Shown: positions 60,221 to 64,000 of the stretch, piece by piece
How the letters are laid out: every line of letters starts with the position of its first letter
How positions within the stretch are numbered: the first letter of the stretch is position 1
Source of the DNA: Octopus sinensis
Taxonomy: Eukaryota
DNA length: 64,000 bases
Reading direction: 5' to 3'
Assembly (NCBI RefSeq): GCF_006345805.1
Contig: NC_043003.1
Span: forward strand, 90,272,001 to 90,336,000
Program-made: the position numbers and the translations under genes
The notes under the pieces: model-generated
Told to the model about the DNA's origin: nothing
Seen by the model: the letters and a program-made list of their open reading frames with translations, nothing else
The model's database searches: none

Positions 60221-62756
60221 ATCACTAGTCTCATGGATGGGAGACACTTGATTTCGATGCTTTATGATATCTAGTTTTAAGGCTTTATTATTTCTTTCTA
60301 TGATGGATACTGATTGAATTTATTTTTAATCCTACCGTAGTGGAACGGGGGATCGATAAAGTATCAGTAATAAACTGGTCAGTTTTATGGCGGAGGTAAA
60401 TACAGTGGACCGCACCCCCTTTGGGATGTTTTATGTCCGTCCTTGGTCCAGTTTTATATTGGTTATGTCCGTCCTTGGTTGGAATAAATTATTCACATCA
60501 GAAGCACGTCCGATATGAAATAGAGTCAATAATAAAACAGCAACCGCAAACACTGCTGTTTATAGGAGAATTGACCGACTTGGAAAAGTTAACTTGTTCT
60601 TTGGTATACATTGTCTAAATATAGTGTCCCCATCCGTCCTCCGATGCAAGATTGGGTCGAAGGATACCCCTGTCTTGTAAAGCACGACTTTTGTATGAAT
60701 ATTCTTCGTTTAAATTAATTTCTTTCAAACTCTTAGGTTCTCCTTACTCCAGGTCAACCGCGATCGAGCAGATTCCTGCCATGGCCGTCTAATTTTTGAA
60801 GGACTACGTTACCGTTTGTGTCTTTTCCTTTCCCATGACTGTAGGAAGTGAGATTTAGCTGCCATTTCTAGCAGTAGAGGTTCCGTCGTTGGCTCCCGTT
60901 TGTATGTCGGTTATATTTCAGAAAATTGATTTTCCAAACTTCTCTTTTTAATGATGGTACTTCAGTTCTATGGCTGTTAATTGTTGTTTCGACTGTTATT
61001 GATGTAAATCTGTGAAATCTTGTGGCATCTCTAGATACAGACGGTACACCCCCATTTATATCCGACATAGCTCACCCAATAAATTCATAATTTATTCATG
61101 TTTCATTTCACGGATTTAGCGCACCCACCACCCAGATGGAAGTGGGAAATATTTTCTGAGTAGTTGTTATCAAAACAGTTGGCGGCCAACATAGGTCCCA
61201 GCAATGACGTTAATTGAATATAAACTTTACCACCTGCTGGCCGCCTATTCGACCGGCCATAAACCACAGGGACTTGACTAACGACTTAAACATGAGAAAC
61301 TGGCCAAGAATATTGAAGTTTTCTCCCAGTCATTCTTTTTCATAAGTAGTATTATACTATTCCAATATGTGTATTAAAAGTTATTCTGTTTAACTATCTG
61401 GGACTACCAAGTTTTCTCCCCACCTTTTTTTTTTGAAGTACAAACATCTTAGTGTGTGTCAAAAATCTATGTAAATAGTTGACAAGAATGGACTAGTTTT
61501 ACATATTTTTTTGGGGGAAGTAAAGCTAAAATAAATACAGTGACAAAAAGAAAAGAAAAACGAAACAAACAAGTGAGGTTAATGTTTTTTCTTCTCAAGT
61601 ATCACATTATTTTTCAAGCAATGATATATCATGTTAGCTGGAAACTAATTTATATTTCTGTTGAACTTGAATTCCTTTATTCAGTTATTTAAAATATTCG
61701 TTACATGTTGTTACATATACACATACATCCATGTCTAAGGTTTGACACGTTACCTTTTACTGATTATTGTTTGCGTCCATAATATAATTCATTCAATCTT
61801 TGAGATGGGTCAAATCTCCACCTTCGTTTAAGCAGTTATGAATTTACATTACATTAGAGGCAAAATTCATTGGTTTGAGTTACACTTGTAAAACAAATTC
61901 AGTTTCTGTTCTAGAACTCAAGACCTAATCAACTGAGCTAACAAGATTTGTGAAATGTGCTTTGAAAGCTCTTGCCAGTGTAGTTGAGTTGTAACTGGGT
62001 CAGGTTTAACCAGGTTTCTTATGATGTCCTATTAAACTCTTCACAATGTGAAATCTAATGGGATCTCTATAAATCCCGAATCCTCATATGCAATACAGAT
62101 ATTCCTTGGGACTTATTTTCTGAATCTGTTGCACAAAACTAATAGCGAAGAAAGTATCCTGTAAATTACTTACGCACAAGTATCTTGTAACTCACACACA
62201 CACAATTTACAAGATACTCTTTTTATAAGAAAAACTAAAGGTGTATGTATGTATGTATGTATACACACACACACGCATTCATATCTCCTTTAGTTTCTCC
62301 AAAATTAGAATAAATTATCTCATGACTTTGTTTAAATAGCAAAGTATTTTAAAGGTGCAGTTAATGTGCTCAAACCAGATTATAGCTTTTTTTTTTGTTG
62401 TGTATTTAGAGCAAGAATGATGGATGTATTTTGTATTAGGAAGGAGCAAATTACATGTGCATAAGAAAAAAAAAACCTATCGATGGGGACCTAAACCGAA
62501 AAAATCGATCAGTCTTCAATTTTACAAATTTTATAGTTTATTAAACTTTTGTACCTTTAATTTTACATGCTTTAGTTTGGTTAGCTGCCAGAAATAGTTA
62601 CTGTTCTCAGTTGTGCATCTGAGAATGTTGCCTGAGGTAGAGTAGTAGTATTGTTATCCATCTCTTTAATTTAATACTAAATGCCATAAAAACCCAAGCA
62701 CAGCAGTAGCTCATAAAATCTCATTGAGTCTTTGGACATACACACATATACATACA

Positions 62757-63970
62757 CAGGGTACGTAAGATATTTAAGGACAGATTTATGTTTATAAAAA
62801 AACATAACAGATAACTTTATTTCTCAAAAAATACTATGAGGATAAAAACAAATCTTCTTTCTATAATGTTATTCAATAAAGCAACCTTGAGCTTCAACAA
62901 CTGCTTCTTTATGAGATATAAATCATCTACATGCTCAAATCAAGTGGTCTTGGTTCATTGTGGACATTACTCTGACTACGGCAGCTTTCAAAGAATCTTT
63001 GGTGTTATCGGTGTGTTCATTGGCCTCTCTCTCTCAACAACGTTCCACATGTAATAGTCCAATGGATTGAGATCTGAAGAATTAGGAGGCCAAATGTTAG
63101 GGGTTATGTGATCATGAAAATATTCAACCATCCATTCCTGGGTTACTAGAGCTATGTGTGATAGTGTAATCTTACTGAAACGTATATGGCCTTCCATTGC
63201 ATACACTATCTATCCAGGGCTTAATTGTTTCCAGGACCTCAATGTAGGTGGCAGAGTTAACGCTAAGGCCTTGAAAAAAGAAGTAAGGAAGCATCACACT
63301 TCCTTCATTGCTGACAGCTCCTAAAACCATGACAGTTGGACACATCAGAAGGGTCTGCACATTACCATCTGTCATTTCTTCTGTTAACTCTTTGATCTTG
63401 GTCAAAGTTTTTCTCATTTGAGAAAAACCAGATCAAATCTTCTGCTTGATTTTTCAGTTTGTTTAAGAACCTTTTAGAACTGATGTTGTGATTTTCTTTT
63501 GCTTTTTCTGACAAATTCCTCATCATATAAGACTTATATCTGATGTCTTCGTGGACAACATTTCTGACTGTTCCCTCTGACACATGGAGATCTTTTGCAA
63601 TTGATCTCATGGACTTTTCTGGGATTGTAATAAATGCTCTGTTGAACTTGCTGGATAAATTCAGGTGTTCTGATGATTTCAGAGTGTTTAGAATGCTTTT
63701 TATACTTTGATACTGGTGATACATTTCCATCTTCAGTCTGTAGCTCCTTACAAACTTTGTAGATGAAAAGTCTGGCAACTTTTAAAAATCGAGGTATTTC
63801 TAAATCACTATGCTCAACCTTTATAACCACAATAACAGCATGTCTCTTGATTTCTTGAGTAAGCTGAGAATCTGCCATTATTATTTTCTGAAACAAAGAT
63901 TATACAGAGTTAGCAAAAATTGTAGCAATGACTCAAATAAAGTATATCCCTAAATACCTTATGCACCCAG
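62757..63970 (-). mobile_element. Tc1/mariner DNA transposon, DD37D (maT/mori-like), decayed
   Basis: Degenerate TIRs CAGGGTACGTAAGATATTTAAGGA (62757) and tccctaaataccttatgcacccag (ends 63970, followed by TA). Transposase pieces SMRSIAKDLHVSEGTVRNVV, WFFSNEKNF, VMVLGAVS and WPPNSSDLNPLDYYMW in frameshifted ORFs. Confidence 0.8.
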
Positions 63971-64000
63971 TATATATATATATAATGGATGTATGTGTTT

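Noticed and set aside
1-64000. CRISPR arrays, prokaryotic operons or defence systems
   Set aside because: No repeat-spacer arrays with unique spacers and no dense gene packing; the window is eukaryotic repeat-rich DNA.

Overview
AT-rich eukaryotic genomic DNA dominated by transposable elements and microsatellites; no prokaryotic features, rRNA, standalone tRNA or CRISPR arrays were seen. The SINE and LINE repertoire resembles that of octopus/coleoid cephalopods, which is an inference from remembered repeat sequences and not a search result. Host-gene content is sparse: one large terminal exon (2109-3227, +, UPF0489/C5orf22-like), a promoter and first coding exon at about 56.6 kb (+), and scattered candidate exons of a possible minus-strand gene from about 29.07 kb down to 3.5 kb. 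The rest consists of decayed or truncated RTE, Tx1/L1, CR1, R4/Dong-type and HERO-type non-LTR retrotransposons, a Penelope-like element, a Chapaev3-type DNA transposon with intact ends, a DD37D-type Tc1/mariner element, SINEs and MITEs. Two ribozyme-related signals stand out. First, a 450-bp near-perfect palindrome (45976-46425) carries a complete minimal type I hammerhead ribozyme motif in each arm. Second, hammerhead core motifs occur in a permuted, pseudoknot-like order in the duplicated 3' UTR of an RT-less HERO-type retroelement (3810-3895 and 5256-5335). Repeat boundaries are read by eye and approximate unless TIR/TSD positions are given.
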